From Acidobacteriota bacterium (lineage in GTDB: Bacteria; Acidobacteriota; CAIWXX01), in assembly GCA_040755995.1 (NCBI GenBank), contig JBFMAF010000032.1, positions 289,306 to 353,305 of the forward strand: a stretch of 64,000 bases of DNA. The letters run 5' to 3'. Under the pieces are notes generated by a model, which made no database searches, was not told the DNA's origin, and worked only from the letters and a program-made list of their open reading frames with translations. Positions 1 through 9,103 of this stretch are shown piece after piece; position 1 is the stretch's first letter, and each line of letters begins with the position of its first letter. Made by a program: the position numbers and the translations under genes.

Positions 1-900
1 GGACACCAGCATGACATTCATGATGCCGACCCCGGCAACCGTCAGAGAGATGGCGGCTATCCCGACCAGCGCGAGCGTGAGCGCCCTGAAGATATTGTTG
101 AAGGCGGCCAGCACCGAGTCCTGGGTGATAACCGTGATGTCCTCTTCATCGTCATGGCGCTCGGTGATTACCTTGAGGATCTCGTTCTTGACGTGGAGGA
201 GCGCCTGGTGTGAGTTCGCCTCGATCAGCATCCGGAAGAGCGTCGTCTGATTGAAGAGCTTCATCGCGGTCGCGACCGGGATGAAGACTACGTCGTCGAA
301 ATCGAATCCGACGCTGCGACCCCGCGGTGCGAGGACACCGATGACGCGGAATCTCCAGTCGCCGATCCGCACGAACTGGCCCAGCGGATTGGCTCCGGCG
401 AAGAGCTTCTGCTGGATGGTCGTGCCGACGACACAGACTGGGGATCCGCGGTCGAGCTCGCCGGGCGGAAGGAAGCTCCCGCGCGGGAGGCGCAGCTTGC
501 GCAGCTCAAGCATGTCCGACGTCGTCCCGATGATCGTCACGTCGCGGTGCAGCCCGCCGTAGGCGACGGGCGCCTGGCTGATGGTGAGGGGCGCCAAGCG
601 GCGTATGGCCGGTATCCTGCGCCTGAGGGCCTCGGCGTCGGCGAGCGTGAGGTCGTGAGGCACTCCGCCGATGACCGGCAGCGTGCCGGTCGTCTCGATC
701 TTGCCCGGGAGCACGATGAGCAAATCGCTGCCGAGCGTGGAAAGCTCGCCCGTGACGTAGATCCTGGCGCCTTCGCCGAGCGCCGTGAGCAGCACAACCG
801 AGGTCACGCCGATCGCGACTCCCATGGCGCTCAGGCCGCTCCTCAGCTTGTGACCGCGCAGCGCAGTCCACGCGAAGCGAACCAGATCCACAGGGCTCAC
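1..900 (-). CDS. ABC transporter permease, MacB/FtsX family (3' end runs off the window)
   Basis: Not in the ORF track. Manual translation from GTG at 900 gives MSPVDLVRFAWTALRGHKLRSGLSAMGVAIGVTSVVLL...IAAISLTVAGVGIMNVMLVS, typical of MacB-type permeases; follows the ABC ATPase. Confidence 0.9.
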   Translation of the reverse strand, partial: MSPVDLVRFAWTALRGHKLRSGLSAMGVAIGVTSVVLLTALGEGARIYVTGELSTLGSDLLIVLPGKIETTGTLPVIGGVPHDLTLADAEALRRRIPAIRRLAPLTISQAPVAYGGLHRDVTIIGTTSDMLELRKLRLPRGSFLPPGELDRGSPVCVVGTTIQQKLFAGANPLGQFVRIGDWRFRVIGVLAPRGRSVGFDFDDVVFIPVATAMKLFNQTTLFRMLIEANSHQALLHVKNEILKVITERHDDEEDITVITQDSVLAAFNNIFRALTLALVGIAAISLTVAGVGIMNVMLVS

Positions 901-981
901 TGTGCGCCCTCTATGCCTCTCCTCGTGACCGCGTCTCTCCCTCTTCGCCGAACTGGTGCCGATGTGCGACGATTGGCGCGA

Positions 982-1656
982 TCATTGGTTTGGCTGGTCG
1001 ACGATCATTCCGTCACGCAAGGAGACGATCCGGCGCGCTCGCTGGCCGATGGTGGGATCGTGCGTGACGACGATGAGTGTGAGGCCGTCACGGTTCATTC
1101 GTTCTATCAGCTCGACCACTTCTCGTCCGGAATGGGTGTCGAGGTTTCCGGTGGGCTCGTCGGCGAGGAGCACCGAAGGGCCCATCACTACAGCGCGGGC
1201 TATGGCAGTTCGCTGGCGTTCGCCGCCGGAGAGCTGGTTGGGGCGGTGCCTGGCGCGGTGGGAGAGGCCGACGCTTTCGAGAGCCTTGGCCACTCGCTGC
1301 CTCCGCTCGGCGCCCGGCACTCCGGCAAAGACCATCGGCAGTTCCACGTTGCCGGCGGCATCGAGCCGCGGTATGAGATGGAAGAACTGGAAGACGAAGC
1401 CCATGTGGTGCCGGCGCACCATCGACAGCTCGGCCTCCGACAGCCGGGTCACGTCTTTGCCGCCCAGGCTGTAGGTGCCGGTAGTTGGACGGTCGAGACA
1501 CCCGACGACGTTCAACAGTGTCGACTTCCCGGATCCGGAAGGACCCATCAGGGCGATGTACTCGCCATCCTGGATCTCCAAAGTAATGTCCCGCAGTGCA
1601 TGCACAGTTTCGTCACCGACCTGAAACTCTCGCGAGACCCCTTCGAGCTGGATCAC
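982..1656 (-). CDS. ABC transporter ATP-binding protein (MacB/LolD-like)
   Basis: Walker A GPSGSGKST, signature LSGGERQR, Walker B LLADEPTGNLD, H-loop VTHD. Confidence 0.95.
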   Translation of the reverse strand: MIQLEGVSREFQVGDETVHALRDITLEIQDGEYIALMGPSGSGKSTLLNVVGCLDRPTTGTYSLGGKDVTRLSEAELSMVRRHHMGFVFQFFHLIPRLDAAGNVELPMVFAGVPGAERRQRVAKALESVGLSHRARHRPNQLSGGERQRTAIARAVVMGPSVLLADEPTGNLDTHSGREVVELIERMNRDGLTLIVVTHDPTIGQRARRIVSLRDGMIVDQPNQ

Positions 1657-2807
1657 CGTGTGACCTCCTCGGAGACTCTGACCAACGCTCCTTCCTTCAC
1701 CTCCACGCGGTCCAACGACACGGCAACGCGGTCTCCCGCTTTCAGTCCGCCGCGCACCTCGACGAACTCCCAGTTCCTGATGCCTGGCTCGACCTTCCGC
1801 GCAGCCAGGCGGTCCTTGTCGATCACCAACACGCGATCGCCCTCGGTGAGCGCGTGCGCAGGTATGCGGAGCACGTTGTCACGGGCCTGTAGGATCACCT
1901 CAACGTCGGCCGATGTGCCCGGCAGAAGGGTTCTGGCGAACTGCACGTCTTCGAACTCCGCCTCCACGTCCACCGTCCGATTCTGCCCCTCGAAATCGCG
2001 CACGAAGGGTGCCACTCGCGTGAGGCGGCCGGGGAAGGACTTGCCCGGATGCGAATCCAGGCTGATCCTCACGGGCAGGCCTGGTCTCAGCTTAGCGGAG
2101 TCGGTCTCGTCCATCGGGGCTTCAACGTAGATCCCGCGGTCGTCGAGCATATCGATGACCGGAGGGACCGGGAGCGCCGGCGGTGACGGAGTGACCCACT
2201 CGCCGAGTTGCGTGCCGATCTCGACGACAACGCCGTCGAATGGCGCTCGCAGCTCTGTCTTGGCCAGATTCGCCCGCGCCACGTCCACAGCCGCATCTGC
2301 TCGCCGCACCTCGGCCCGGCTCGCCTCGCATCGCGCTTCCGCGGCCTCCCACCCGTTCGAGAGTTGGTCGATCACCGAGTCGCTGATGATGCCCTGCTGC
2401 CGCAGTGCCTGGTTGCGATCGAGCTCGCGTCGAGCCAGGTCAGCTACCAGGCAAGCCTCCTGCTGGGTCGCCCGGGCTGCCTGCGCCGCACGCTCGGAGA
2501 GCATGAGGGCGGCGCGAAGCTCGGAGTCGTCGATGCGGAGGAGCACGTCGCCGCCCCTGACGCGCTGGCCCTCGATCGCTCCAAGATACGTGACCCTGCC
2601 GCCGATCTCCGGGCTGAGCTTCGCGCGACGCCGGACCTTGACCGTGCCGGACTTGCTGTTGGCGACCGTATCCTCGACGCGACCGGCGGCCACACGGTAA
2701 GCCGACACGGGCACGGGCTTCGGGGCGAAGACCGTGAAGCGAAGGACAAGGACGGAAGCTGCAACCACCGCAAGGACAATGAGCCTGTTACGCCACTTGG
2801 GAGTCAT
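1653..2807 (-). CDS. Periplasmic adaptor (membrane fusion) protein, MacA-like
   Basis: N-terminal TM segment, lipoyl halves, coiled-coil hairpin, LRAPFDGVV motif; 4-nt overlap with the ATPase. Confidence 0.92.
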   Translation of the reverse strand: MTPKWRNRLIVLAVVAASVLVLRFTVFAPKPVPVSAYRVAAGRVEDTVANSKSGTVKVRRRAKLSPEIGGRVTYLGAIEGQRVRGGDVLLRIDDSELRAALMLSERAAQAARATQQEACLVADLARRELDRNQALRQQGIISDSVIDQLSNGWEAAEARCEASRAEVRRADAAVDVARANLAKTELRAPFDGVVVEIGTQLGEWVTPSPPALPVPPVIDMLDDRGIYVEAPMDETDSAKLRPGLPVRISLDSHPGKSFPGRLTRVAPFVRDFEGQNRTVDVEAEFEDVQFARTLLPGTSADVEVILQARDNVLRIPAHALTEGDRVLVIDKDRLAARKVEPGIRNWEFVEVRGGLKAGDRVAVSLDRVEVKEGALVRVSEEVTR

Positions 2808-3148
2808 CTTCTCTCCATTCGGAATTCAACCAGCGAACCATACCACAAGGCGGCCGTCCGTCGCTCCTCAGCACGCGTCCACCAAGCTCTAGACGGCGAT
2901 CCGCGGCCCCGGGGTTACTCGCCTTCGCATTTCGTAGGAAGGGGTGCCTGCAGCGAGCCGATCCGAATTCCCATCTGATTGCCTCCTGTTAGAGTGTACG
3001 GGCCGGCCCAGGAGCTGGTTTCGTTCGGCCCGGGCAGACATGTATGTGCGGGAGGTCACATCACGCAGCGCCGTGGGGCGCGGGACCTTGATTTCGAGCT
3101 TCCCTATGCGATACTCCGATGGTGTCGCACACAAGGAGGAAGAACGGC

Positions 3149-3739
3149 ATGAGGAAGAACACTTGTACACTGGTATTTGCACTTCTCATTTCGGCAGCTC
3201 TGGCGCACGGCGCCACCGAGACCTACTCCATCGATCAAGTCCACTCGCAGGTCGGGTTCTCTATCAGGCATTTCTTCAGCAAGGTGCCCGGAAAGTTCAC
3301 CAGGTTCGCCGGGACTCTCAGCGGAGATCGCTCCGACCTGCAAACCGCCAAGGTGAGCGTCGAGATCGAAGCGGCCAGCATCGACACCGGCAACAACGAT
3401 CGCGACAAGCATCTGCGATCTGCGGATTTCTTCGACGTGGAGAAGTACCCGAAGATCACTTTCGACAGCAAATCGGTCAGAGTGGAGAGCCCGACCCACG
3501 TCGTCGTCACCGGCGACCTCTCGATGCACGGTGTGACAAAGAGTGTTGATCTTCAGGTAGATGTTCTGGGATTCGGTCCAGACGGCATGGGCGGCTTCCG
3601 CGCTGGTTTCGAGGCGAAGACGAAGCTCAACCGCAAAGACTTCGGAGTCGTGTGGAACAAGATCCTCGAAGCCGGCGGCACACTTCTCGGCGATCAGGTC
3701 GAGATCACGATCAACGTCGAAGCCATCCGCCTGCAGTAG
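3149..3739 (+). CDS. YceI family protein
   Basis: Signal peptide; YSIDQVHSQVGFSIRH, RDKHLRSADFFDVEKYPKITF, GDLSMHGVTK; RBS AAGGAGG before ATG 3149. Confidence 0.93.
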   Translation: MRKNTCTLVFALLISAALAHGATETYSIDQVHSQVGFSIRHFFSKVPGKFTRFAGTLSGDRSDLQTAKVSVEIEAASIDTGNNDRDKHLRSADFFDVEKYPKITFDSKSVRVESPTHVVVTGDLSMHGVTKSVDLQVDVLGFGPDGMGGFRAGFEAKTKLNRKDFGVVWNKILEAGGTLLGDQVEITINVEAIRLQ

Positions 3740-3899
3740 GCGAAAGGGGAAAGGGAAAAGGGTCAAGGGACGAGGCGTTGCTGCCTCTCACCTGCGGGCC
3801 GGGTCTCGCAGGAGAAGTAGGCGAAAGGGCAAAGGGGCAAGGGCCAAGGGACGTGGCATCGCTGGCTCTCACACTCGGGGCTGGTGCTCGCAGGAGAAG
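3737..3899 (+). repeat. Imperfect ~81-bp tandem duplication containing AAGGG-type heptamer tracts
   Basis: Copies at 3737-3817 and 3818-3899 both run TAGGCGAAAGGG...AAGGGACG...CTCTCAC...CTCGCAGGAGAAG. Confidence 0.85.
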
Positions 3900-4086
3900 A
3901 GGACCACACAGCCGACCGAAGATGCGGTCTGAGACCCACTTGCCTTTCTGCCCTATCCGATACGCCTGCGCGCAGGCTCCCTGCGGATAGAGGCAGCGTT
4001 GGACCGTCGCTTTGCCCTTGCCCCTTTCCCCGCCTGTCCCCCTACAGCATCCTTGCGCCAGTCGCCAGAGTCGCTGCTCCTGCTGC

Positions 4087-4099
4087 TAAGTCTTTGATT
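4087..4099 (-). promoter_or_regulatory. Possible IHF-binding site
   Basis: Minus strand AATCAAAGACTTA matches WATCAANNNNTTR; about 80 bp upstream of a promoter. Confidence 0.35.
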
Positions 4100-4179
4100 C
4101 TGAGGCTGTAACAAGAACAAGCGCCGCGGCTACCTGTCGAGCCAACCCAACCTCCCGCGCCAGATTCGTATCTCGGCTC

Positions 4180-4208
4180 TTGACTTTCCGCTAATATGCG
4201 ACTATATT
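4180..4208 (+). promoter_or_regulatory. Sigma70-type promoter of the cytochrome/porin genes
   Basis: TTGACT-N17-TATATT in an AT-rich patch about 65 bp upstream of ATG 4273. Confidence 0.7.
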
Positions 4209-4272
4209 AATATTCGAGTATTTGATTTAATACTTAGCTACTTGATTCAGGTTGGAGATAAGGAGGAAGCCA

Positions 4273-4623
4273 ATGATGAAATCAAGTTACGGTCTGATTC
4301 TCGCCGGCCTGCTGATCGCAGGTGTCGGCCTCGCGTGGGCGAAGGACAAGGAGAAGGACGGGCAGGCACTGTACAAGGAGTACTGCAAGACCTGTCATCA
4401 GGCCAAGTCGCCCAACGGCGAGTACACGCCGATGACGCTCATTCAGGAGCAGTGGGAGAGGTTCTTCAAGGACAAGCTGGTGTCAAGCCACGAGAAGGTC
4501 ACCGATCCCAGTCACGAAGGAAAGAAGGTCCTGGAGCTGCTCACGCCGGAGATGCTCGAGACGCTCAAGAAGTGGGTCATCGACCATGCCGCTGACTCAG
4601 AGCACCCGATGACGTGCGGATAA
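4273..4623 (+). CDS. Small periplasmic monoheme cytochrome c
   Basis: Signal peptide, single CKTCH motif, C-terminal HAADSEHPMTCG; RBS AGGAGG. Confidence 0.85.
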   Translation: MMKSSYGLILAGLLIAGVGLAWAKDKEKDGQALYKEYCKTCHQAKSPNGEYTPMTLIQEQWERFFKDKLVSSHEKVTDPSHEGKKVLELLTPEMLETLKKWVIDHAADSEHPMTCG

Positions 4624-4654
4624 GGACCTGACTTTGGAAGAAAGGAATACCGGA

Positions 4655-6382
4655 ATGAAGCGGATTCATATCGCCACTCTGATTCTAACCCTCATGTTTG
4701 CGCCCGGCGTTGTGGCGTGGGCGCAGTCCGGCGGGGAAGAGCCGGAGGAGAACGCCCCCGCCGAAACCCCTTCCGCGGAACCCGAGCAGCCGGCACCAGC
4801 AGAGGACGAAGGGAAGGGGGAAGTCGAGAAGCTCAAGGACGAGCTCAAGAACGCCGAGAAGCAAATCCAGAAACTCGAGCGGCAGGACGCGCTGGACCGA
4901 ATCCAGTTCGGCGGCGACTACCGGTTCGAGGCGCACACGATCGATGCCACAATCCCCGATCACTACGACGGCATGCTGCTGCAGAACGCCCTGGTGAACA
5001 CGCTATTCTACTACGGAGCCACAGGACAGTTCCCCCAGAACCCGACGCAGGTGAACCAGTTCATCGCCGGCCACTACGGCGACTACATGTACTTCACGGA
5101 TCATCTGACGTTTGACGCTCTCAAGGGCTACATGTCGCAATTCCCGCCCGAGATGCAGCAGCAGCTCATGGGGATGCTGCTTCCGTACACCTATGTGCCG
5201 GGATACGACGCCAACAACACCATCCTGTACACCAACCGCCTTCGGTTGACGTTGGAAGCTCCAGTCGGAGAGAACATCAGCTTCTCGGGGCGGCTCTCCA
5301 TGTACAAGGTGTTCGGCGACTCGACCGGCGTACAGGTATTCAACGGCCAGCCCAACTCGATCGCGATCGACGGCACCACAGTGGGCGTTCCCAATTCCGA
5401 CATCCTGCGCGTCGAGAGAGCCTACTTCGACTGGAAGAACATCGGCGGGCTTCCCATCTATCTCTCGATCGGCCGCAGGCCGTCGACCGGCGGAGCCCCG
5501 CTGCACTTGCGACAGGACGAGCCGCGAGGCGGGTCGCCTCTGGGCTCGGTCATCGACTACCAGTTCGACGGCATCACCTTCGGCGTGCATATCGGTGAGC
5601 ACTCGACCGCCCGGCTCTGCTACGGGCTCGGCTACGAGTCAGGCTTCGGCAACGGCGACGTACTGAAGCTCCCTCAAGACCGCCTCGACGACGCGCAGTT
5701 CATCGGCATCAACTGGGACATCTGGAACAGCGACGCGACCTTCGTGCAGACCACACTCGCCTGGGCTATCGACGTGACCGACGGGTTCAACGGGCTGGTG
5801 GTTCTGCCGAACAACCCCGTCACCGGACAGCCCATCGGCGCCCCCGTCATCCTGCGGTTCACCCCGTCTGCCAATCTCGGCAACATCACGCTCGCGAGCG
5901 GTGTAGTCACGCGACGCGACGGCCCGCTCGACTGGTTCGTGAGCGGCAACTACATGTCGTCGGACCCGACGCTGGCGACGACGCCGTTCGGCGGCCTCTT
6001 CAGCGATCCGTTCGAGAAGCCGGAATCCCATAGCGGCGGCATGATCTACGTCGGCGCCCGATACAACTTCGCGAACGAAAAGACGAAGCTCGGCCTGGAA
6101 TACAACCACGGTTCGAAGTACTGGTTCAACTTCTCGGCCGCGGAAGACGACATCATCGCCCCGAAGACCAACACGCGCGGCGACGTGGTCGAGCTCTACC
6201 TGACGCACCGCATCGCGAAGCGGTTCATCTTCAAGGCGGATTTCATGCACTACAAGTACGACTACTCCGGCTCCGGCTGGCACCTCGGCGCCCCCAAGCC
6301 GTTGGATGAGAAGCCTATCCTGGGATTCCCAACCTACGACAGGATCTCGAAGCTCGCCGTGAGCATGGTCGCACGCTTCTAG
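4655..6382 (+). CDS. Outer-membrane beta-barrel/porin-like protein, DUF3373-like
   Basis: Signal peptide, N-terminal coiled coil, FGGDYRFE, VERAYFDW, SIGRRPST, GLEYNHGSKYW, C-terminal Phe. Confidence 0.75.
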   Translation: MKRIHIATLILTLMFAPGVVAWAQSGGEEPEENAPAETPSAEPEQPAPAEDEGKGEVEKLKDELKNAEKQIQKLERQDALDRIQFGGDYRFEAHTIDATIPDHYDGMLLQNALVNTLFYYGATGQFPQNPTQVNQFIAGHYGDYMYFTDHLTFDALKGYMSQFPPEMQQQLMGMLLPYTYVPGYDANNTILYTNRLRLTLEAPVGENISFSGRLSMYKVFGDSTGVQVFNGQPNSIAIDGTTVGVPNSDILRVERAYFDWKNIGGLPIYLSIGRRPSTGGAPLHLRQDEPRGGSPLGSVIDYQFDGITFGVHIGEHSTARLCYGLGYESGFGNGDVLKLPQDRLDDAQFIGINWDIWNSDATFVQTTLAWAIDVTDGFNGLVVLPNNPVTGQPIGAPVILRFTPSANLGNITLASGVVTRRDGPLDWFVSGNYMSSDPTLATTPFGGLFSDPFEKPESHSGGMIYVGARYNFANEKTKLGLEYNHGSKYWFNFSAAEDDIIAPKTNTRGDVVELYLTHRIAKRFIFKADFMHYKYDYSGSGWHLGAPKPLDEKPILGFPTYDRISKLAVSMVARF

Positions 6383-6410
6383 TCCGAGTCGAATCGAGCC
6401 TCTTTGTGAA

Positions 6411-6455
6411 AGGCGCGAGGCCTCCGGCAAGGGCCTCGCGCCTCCTCTTTTCTCT
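6411..6455 (+). terminator. Rho-independent terminator
   Basis: 12-bp stem AGGCGCGAGGCC / GGCCTCGCGCCT followed by a pyrimidine/T-rich tail. Confidence 0.75.
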
Positions 6456-6510
6456 TGCCATAGGCGACACCGCCCCGTGATATGCTCTCTGAATGGAGCG
6501 AGGAGGACTT

Positions 6511-7926
6511 ATGCGGAGATTTCATGCTTCCGCAATCGCACTATTGACGGCGGCTGCACCAGTGTTTGCCGCCGCGGAGTATTCCCACAGCAAGTACTTC
6601 GAGCACTATGAAGGCACGAAAACCTGCCTGAAGTGCCACCTGAACGCCGCTCAGTCTTTTTTCAACTCACAGCACTACCAATGGCAAGGTGAAGCGCCGC
6701 AGATCGTGAACGCCGCCGGGAGAAGGCTGGGCAAGATCAACACGATAAACGATTTCTGCACCAGCCCACGCGCGAGCTGGATCGGCATCCTCCACAACTC
6801 GCGAGGCGATGTCATATCCAAAGGATGTTCGGCCTGCCACGCCGGTCTCGGGAAACTCCCTGACTCCAGGATGACCACCGAGCAGCTCGAGAACATCGAC
6901 TGCCTCATCTGTCACGCGTCCGGCTACCAGCGCGATCTGTATCCCGGAGCGAAGAAGGGATGGGAATGGAAACCGGTTCTCTGGAAGAACCAGGAGGGCC
7001 TGGATTCGGTCTCCAAGAGGATCGGCATGCCGACGCGCAAGAACTGCCTGCGATGCCACGCCGGCTCAGGCGGCGGACCGAACTTCAAGCGCGGCGATAT
7101 CGAGTACAAGCTGTCCGAGTGCGATCGGGACTTCGACGTGCATATGGCCGCGGACGGGACCAACTTCCAGTGCATCGACTGCCATCAGGGCGAAGACCAC
7201 CGCGTCCGCGGGCGCGGCGCCGACCTGTCCGGCACCGACATGCCCGGGAAGCCCCTTTCGTGCGACGGCGGGGAATGCCACGGACCGGCTCCGCACGAAG
7301 CCGAGGTGCTGAACTATCACACGAAGCGCGTCTACTGCGCCACCTGCCATATACCGACCTTCGCCAGGGCCGATTCAACCGACATGGCGCGCGATTGGTC
7401 CAAGCCTGTTCACAACGAGGAACTGGACAAGTGGAGTGCGACGATCACGCTGGAGAAGGATGTGATGCCGGTCTATGCCTGGTACAACGGGACCACCGAG
7501 GAGCAGCTGCCGGGCGAGCCGGTGAAGAAGCTCGCCGGCGGTGCCGTCGGCATGATGATGCCGCAGGGCGGCAAGGACGATCCCAAGTCTCGCATCTATC
7601 CGTTCAAGCTCCATCGCGGCAAGCTGCCGGTGCTCGACGGGAAGAACTTCCTCCTCCCGATAGTCGTCGAGGAGTTCTTCGCGGACGGGAACATCGACAG
7701 GGCAGTCAAGGGCGCGGCGCTGGAGATGTACAATGTGAAGAATGCGACGTATACGTGGGTCGACACGGTGCGATACATGGGCATCTACCACGAGGTCCAG
7801 CCCAAGGAAAAGGCATTGGAGTGTCTCGACTGCCACGGGGCCAAGGGCCGGCTCGACTGGAAGGCGCTCGGGTACGCCGGCGATCCCGTTCTGGCGAGGC
7901 TGGAAGTCGCGCACACTGCCAGGTAG
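6511..7926 (+). CDS. Octaheme c-type cytochrome, tetrathionate reductase (OTR)-like
   Basis: Signal peptide; 7 CxxCH motifs plus one CDGGECH; GKINTINDFC, CHAGSGGG, DVHM and CHIPTFAR segments resemble the OTR family. Confidence 0.8.
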   Translation: MRRFHASAIALLTAAAPVFAAAEYSHSKYFEHYEGTKTCLKCHLNAAQSFFNSQHYQWQGEAPQIVNAAGRRLGKINTINDFCTSPRASWIGILHNSRGDVISKGCSACHAGLGKLPDSRMTTEQLENIDCLICHASGYQRDLYPGAKKGWEWKPVLWKNQEGLDSVSKRIGMPTRKNCLRCHAGSGGGPNFKRGDIEYKLSECDRDFDVHMAADGTNFQCIDCHQGEDHRVRGRGADLSGTDMPGKPLSCDGGECHGPAPHEAEVLNYHTKRVYCATCHIPTFARADSTDMARDWSKPVHNEELDKWSATITLEKDVMPVYAWYNGTTEEQLPGEPVKKLAGGAVGMMMPQGGKDDPKSRIYPFKLHRGKLPVLDGKNFLLPIVVEEFFADGNIDRAVKGAALEMYNVKNATYTWVDTVRYMGIYHEVQPKEKALECLDCHGAKGRLDWKALGYAGDPVLARLEVAHTAR

Positions 7927-7968
7927 ACATCGCAAGTGCCGAGGCGATCGTGCCATGGGTGACGGACG

Positions 7969-9081
7969 ATGAAGAGCGACCTTCCGGCTGCCTGGTCACC
8001 CGCCAGGCGGACTCAGGGGACCCGGGCGCTCGTCATCGTCATCGCGATTCTGGCCGTCTCCGCGCTGCACTACTTCACGCCCGTCCATCACCCGCTGCTC
8101 CACCAGGTCTATCAGCGGCTATATTATCTGCCGGTCGTTGCGGCGGCGCTATGGTTCGGCCTGCGCGGCGGGATCGGAGCCAGCCTGCTCAGCGTCGCGC
8201 TCTACATTCCGCACATCTTCCACGCGTGGTCCGGAGACAGGAGCTACACCTGGAATCAGTACGGTGAGACGGTTATCATCATACTCGTGGGCACGCTCAC
8301 GGGTGCACTGTCGTCGCTGGAGAGCCGGCAGCGGCGCAAGCTCGAACGGGCCATGGACGACCTGGCCGCAGCCTACGCGCGCCTCCAGCGCGCGTTCGGC
8401 GAGCTGCAGAAACGCGAGAGCATGACGATGCTGGGGAAGCTCGCGGCTGGACTCGCCCACGAGATACACAATCCCCTCGGCAGCATCCGGGGCGCAGTGG
8501 AAATCATCGAGGGAGGCGGAGAGGAGGCCCGGCGGGAGTTCATCGGGATCGTGAAGAAGGAGCTGGATCGGCTGCAGACGATGCTCCGCGACTTCCTCGA
8601 CTTCGCACGCCCGAGACCTCTGCAGTTCCAGGTGAACAACATCAACCAAATCCTGCAGAGCCTGGTACGCCTGGTTCGGCCGCGCGCCGAATCCGCGGGT
8701 GTCGAGATAGAGGAACGCTACGGGCAGGTCCGCGACGCTAATGTCGACTCCGAACAGCTGAAGGCGGCCATCATGAACGTAGTCTTGAACGGCGTCGAAG
8801 CCATGCCGAACGGGGGAAAGCTGTCAGTCGAGACGACGGCCACCGCGGATCGCCTCCGCATCCGCGTTCTCGACCACGGGCAGGGCATCTCAGAGGACAA
8901 TCGGGCGAGGCTCTTCGAGCCGTTCTTCTCTACCAAGAAGAACGGAACCGGCCTTGGGCTGGCGATCGCCGAACAGACCGTCAGGAACCACGGAGGAAGA
9001 TTGCAGCTGGAGTCCACGGGGCCTTCAGGGAGCGTCTTCGAGATCGAGCTGCCCGTCACACCGCGTACCTCCGCCGGGTAG
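7969..9081 (+). CDS. Membrane-bound sensor histidine kinase
   Basis: About 4 N-terminal TMs; H-box LAHEIHNPL, N-box NGVEAM, FEPFFSTKKNGTGLGL. Confidence 0.93.
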   Translation: MKSDLPAAWSPARRTQGTRALVIVIAILAVSALHYFTPVHHPLLHQVYQRLYYLPVVAAALWFGLRGGIGASLLSVALYIPHIFHAWSGDRSYTWNQYGETVIIILVGTLTGALSSLESRQRRKLERAMDDLAAAYARLQRAFGELQKRESMTMLGKLAAGLAHEIHNPLGSIRGAVEIIEGGGEEARREFIGIVKKELDRLQTMLRDFLDFARPRPLQFQVNNINQILQSLVRLVRPRAESAGVEIEERYGQVRDANVDSEQLKAAIMNVVLNGVEAMPNGGKLSVETTATADRLRIRVLDHGQGISEDNRARLFEPFFSTKKNGTGLGLAIAEQTVRNHGGRLQLESTGPSGSVFEIELPVTPRTSAG

Positions 9082-9103
9082 AATCGGGGATGAGGGAGGC
9101 AAC

